Shown one piece after another: positions 60,025-64,000 of a stretch of 64,000 bases of DNA. The position numbers and the translations under genes are program-made. Under the pieces are notes generated by a model. That model was not told the DNA's origin, ran no database searches, and saw only the letters and a program-made list of their open reading frames with translations. Source of the stretch: Rhodosorus marinus CCMP1338 (lineage: Eukaryota; Plantae; Rhodophyta); the NCBI GenBank assembly GCA_029953675.1, contig JAMWBK010000007.1, forward strand, positions 2,108,001-2,172,000, written 5' to 3'. Every line of letters starts with the position of its first letter. The stretch's first letter is position 1.

Positions 60025-61577
60025 ATGGAGATTGGGAAAGGGGGAGGTTCCTCCGTGAATATCAATGCATCCTGGCTGTTTTTGAGCTTGATGTATTTGG
60101 TTCAAGGGATTCCGCTTGGCCTGGCCGCAGGGAGTGTTTCATATTTGTTGAAGAGCTCTATGACATACTCCGAGGTCGCAATTTTCTCTTTTGCAACTTG
60201 GCCATATGCGTTGAAGCTTTTTTGGAGTCCAGTGGTTGATGGGTTCTACTGGTCCAAACTGGGAAGGAGGCGCAGTTGGATTCTGCCGGTGCAGATACTT
60301 ATAGGTCTCACAATGATTTATATTTCGCAATGGATAGATTGCTACTTGCCTGGCGAAGAGTGCTCGACACAAGGTCCTCGTCCTGAGGCACCTGGTATCC
60401 GGTTCATTACCTTTTGGTTCTTCATTTTGGTGCTTCTTAGCGCAACTCAGGATATCGCTTTGGACGGGTGGGCACTAGAGTTGTTGCCCGAGAGTGACAG
60501 GCACCTCGCATCAAGTGCACAAACGATGGGGCTTACTGGTGGTTTCTTTCTGTCCTTTACGGTACTGCTCTCACTATCTTCTAGAGCTTTTGTACGCGAA
60601 TGGCTCCCTTTTCTAGAGGGTCCGCCCATAACTATCTCCGGTTACATTCGATACGCCGGCATTGCTGCAGCAACTATGAGCGTTTTCGTGCTTCTCGTGC
60701 CTGAGTATCCGCCAACGGAAGAACTGGATGTCATGGACGTGTACAGGAAGCTTGTCTCGGTCGTTATCTCTCGGCGGGATTTGCTGCTTGTTCTTCTTGT
60801 ACATAAGTTGGGATTTGTTGCGAACGATGCTGCATCAAGCTTGCTATTGCTGGAGAGAGGCTTTAGAAGAGAGGACTTCGCGCTGACAGCAATGTTGGAC
60901 TTCCCCGTACAGCTTGTTGTCGGGCTTATAGTGACACGCTGGTCAAAGAAGCGGAACCCAGTCCAACCGTGGGTTACTGGACAACTTATGCGACTTGCTC
61001 TGTGCTTTATCATGAACGTATTTATTTATTATGCAGTTGGAAGAACCTCCGGGCTGGAAGCTTTCTTTCCGTTGGTGGTCTCCTTGTCCATTCTTACAAG
61101 CGTAGCTGGCACAGTCATGTTCATATCTCAAGGGGCATTTTTCGCTGTAATATCTGATTCAGCGATAGGCGGCAGTTATCAAACGCTGCTCAACACGGTA
61201 AGCGAGAGCAGAAATGACCCACCGGATATGGCCTGGTTTGAATGGAATCAGCGCCTTGGTTATAGCTCTACTTGTTTGACCCTTGTTTTGCTGATGCGAA
61301 TATCATTGCTTCGTTTCTTTTCGTTCATGGCTGGCAGTTTTCGAACTTTGGTGGGACCTGGCCGAAGTTCTTTGTCCTCCGGGCCATTGATTACTTTAAC
61401 GTTGAGGTTTGCGACAGTATGAGCAACTGCGTGCGTACTCGGGAGGGTTATGTTCCCGTCTCGTTTGCGACTGTGTCCCTTGGTGCTTTATTGTTCGCTT
61501 TTTTGGTGAGGCCAAGAATTCAGGATCTCGTGCAGAGCAACAGGAATAGCGCCGTCGCGAAAGACAAGATGTCATAG
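60025..61577 (+). CDS. SLC33A1: Acetyl-CoA transporter 1 (SLC33A1/AT-1, MFS); intron 61198-61337
   Basis: LMYLVQGIPLGLA.GSV..LL; FSFATWPYALKLFWSPVVD; LGRRRSWILPVQ; LSATQDIALDGWAL; ASSAQTMGLTGGFF; AIGGSYQTLLNT|FSNFGGTWP. Confidence 0.95.
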
Positions 61578-62637
61578 ATTTTTGCACTGGATCGACCGAT
61601 TCCGTATCATTGTCGAAGTCGAGGGAATTGGCTGCTTAAGCTCTTGGATATCTTTTGTCCAAGTCATAGAGGTTGACCATGGTGAGCAGTAGTAGGGAGT
61701 AGATTATTAAAATCATGAACTCGTGGCTAGCAAGGAACAACCCGACTCTACCAACCCGTATGGTCTGGCTGGCTTCGCCGGACCTGAGACCATCTCGAAC
61801 TGAGGAACAGGTTTTTCTAAAAGGAATTCTCAAGCTGAAGAAAGAAATCCGATTCCTGCCTATCAGCCGTTTCGAGTACATACTCAGTCACACGCTACAT
61901 ACGGAGTCCAGCATGCCTGTACTGTCGTTTGAAAGTTTAGCTCATCCAAGAACTGTTTGCGCAAACTAATCACCTCATCCCTGTGGCGGGGACGGGAAAG
62001 ATTTTCAGCGAATTTCGATCTGCAATTCCGAGTTGAGCGCTCCATAAAGGTTGACTGAAATAATGACTGCTTGTTCTACCTATTCACCATTGGCTTATGA
62101 GAACACGTGCTAAATGATAATTAGATGAATTGAACTTTCGAAATATTTTCAAAAACGAAGAAACTCCGGTTGAAAAAACGCCCCCTTTCGCCGTCGGCGT
62201 CGCCAAGACAGGCTGTCAACAACCCACAACCCCCAATTGAGGGAACAAGTTCTTCTTTTGAAGGGGGGGGTTAGCTAACTATACCACAATACAAAATAAT
62301 AACTTTCGCTACTTTTATGAGTTTCCAGGCAGTCTTTTCCAGTCACTGTATACCCTACATGAAATCAAAGGAAATCTATTGCATCAAATGTAGAAGCCGA
62401 TTTCTGCGTTTTCGAGGTAGATTGTAGTTTTCGGTTTTTGCTTTTATTTTCGTGTTTGCCGTCGGTGTCGACGCCCTCTGACGCCGCAAAAGGCTTTGAC
62501 TCTTGTGTGAGAGGCGAAGTCCGAGCGACGAAGTTGCTGGTTGCGGGTGGGGTTGCTTGTGGAGGTTGTTTGAGATACGGATAGGAGGCTGGGATAGGGT
62601 TGTGCGTTCTTTTGGTCCAGGGACTGGAGGGTTAGAG

Positions 62638-63604
62638 ATGAAGACGCTTTTGAGCACGGGGTTTCTTCCCCTCCCTGAGGGAGGTAAGTTTCGCTGTCAA
62701 AAAGGAATATTCGCCATTGGTGTGGGTGACTTTTTTTTTATTTTTATTTGTTTGGTCGTGCCTTGACCGTGCTCTTTGCTGTGGAGGTCATGCTCGGGCA
62801 CTCTTGAGCTTAGGTGGAAAATTTTAACCTGGCCATTTGTCTCTCGTGTTGAACATTTGTTGTGGCGCGAGGATGATGAGTTTTTGACGTTTTGTTTTCT
62901 GCCTTGGTGCCTTTAGTAACTGTGGAGGTGCATTCTCGAATAGTCGAGGTCACCGGACCTCGTGGGACGCTGAGTCGCGACATGCGCCACATGAACTTGC
63001 AAGTTCGCAAAGTTGAAGGCGGGGAGAAAATTCGTGTAGATATTTGGCACGGGAAGCGGAAGCACGTTGCGGCGATGAACACTATCTTGTCCACCATTCA
63101 GAATCTTATTACGGGCGTTACGAAGGGTTACAGATACAAGATGCGTTTTGTCTATGCGCATTTTCCGATTAATGTGAACGTCGCCGATGATAAGCAGTCT
63201 GTCGAGATTAACAATTTCCTTGGAGAGAAGCGCGTGCGTAAGGTGGCGATGCTGAAGGATGTAACATGTATGAGAACCTCGACGAAGGATGAGCTCGCGT
63301 TGGAAGGAAATGACTTGCAGCTAGTGTCTCAGTCAGGTGAGGGTTTGCGCACTAAAGTTCTAGTTATTTGTAGTGAAGCGTGGAGTGGTCAATGTCCTTC
63401 TGCGCAGTGACTCAGTGTGCACCGCGCCTTGTTTGATCTGTGTTCGCCTTGGATTGGATGATGGTCTAACTTCACGCTTTCTTTGATATCCCCGACGCAG
63501 CCGCACTCGTACATCAGTCTTGCTTGGTGAAGAATAAGGATATCCGCAAGTTTTTGGACGGCATTTACGTTTCTGAGAAAGGATACGTAGGGGAGGAAGA
63601 CTAA
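62638..63604 (+). CDS. RPL9: 60S ribosomal protein L9 (uL6); exons 62638-62683, 62917-63336, 63501-63604
   Basis: MKTLLS...EG|[19 protein letters not shown]; [20 protein letters not shown]; EINNFLGEK; [17 protein letters not shown]|[28 protein letters not shown]. Confidence 0.98.
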
Positions 63605-64000
63605 ACTAAATATCTTATCCTACTTTGCTTGTCTCCTGGGAATTTCATCAGCTCCTGCCATGTAATCTATACTAGTACTAGATTTGACCTCATGTTTTTC
63701 AACATGCATCATTGAGGGTTTCTGTTGACAGTCCCTGGATCTTGTTGCTGGCGAAGGCCATGATACAAAAGCGCGGAACGGATAGCGATTGGTATACCCC
63801 ACAACCATGTCTTCCTTCGATGTGTTCGTCGCGAGCGCGTCACAGAGGGTTTCCGTGGCCACAAGTTGATAGTATTTTGTACGCGAGCTACTAGAATCCC
63901 GCAGGTCGTCAACTGCGTTCCATTTAGGGTGTCCTAGAGCAATTAACAATCGAAGCGTGGGCGTTCATAGTAGTTCGCAGTGTGATTTGCACTCTTATAA

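Overview
Gene-dense eukaryotic nuclear DNA with many short GT-AG introns (mostly about 40-120 nt). Plastid-type transit peptides without signal peptides and a red-algal-looking alpha-tubulin suggest a unicellular red alga; this is an inference, no search was run. Genes identified by manual splicing and motif recognition: two tandem, apparently intronless bacterial-type quinone-oxidoreductase-like MDR genes, LSm5, a PCO/ADO thiol dioxygenase, SDR39U1, a stand-alone DNA polymerase beta N-terminal (HhH/dRP-lyase) domain protein, RFC1, a PsbQ-like lumen protein, eEFSec, alpha-tubulin, COX19, a divergent pyruvate dehydrogenase E2, ERCC1, INCENP, a highly acidic type II membrane repeat protein, a SAPS/PP6 regulatory subunit, a C2H2 zinc-finger factor, an SLC33A1 acetyl-CoA transporter and RPL9. 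An accessory block at about 11.4-14.1 kb holds a diverged ~200-bp tandem duplication and scrambled Copia and Gypsy remnants. Several multi-exon regions could not be assigned. No CRISPR array, rRNA or convincing tRNA was seen. Best leads: (1) a polymerase-less Pol-beta lyase-domain gene tail-to-tail with an RFC1 that lacks its BRCT domain; (2) an apparently organelle-targeted cysteine/cysteamine dioxygenase; (3) selenocysteine machinery; (4) a locally templated fold-back insertion inside the Copia remnant. Exon boundaries are hand-derived and need RNA-seq confirmation.
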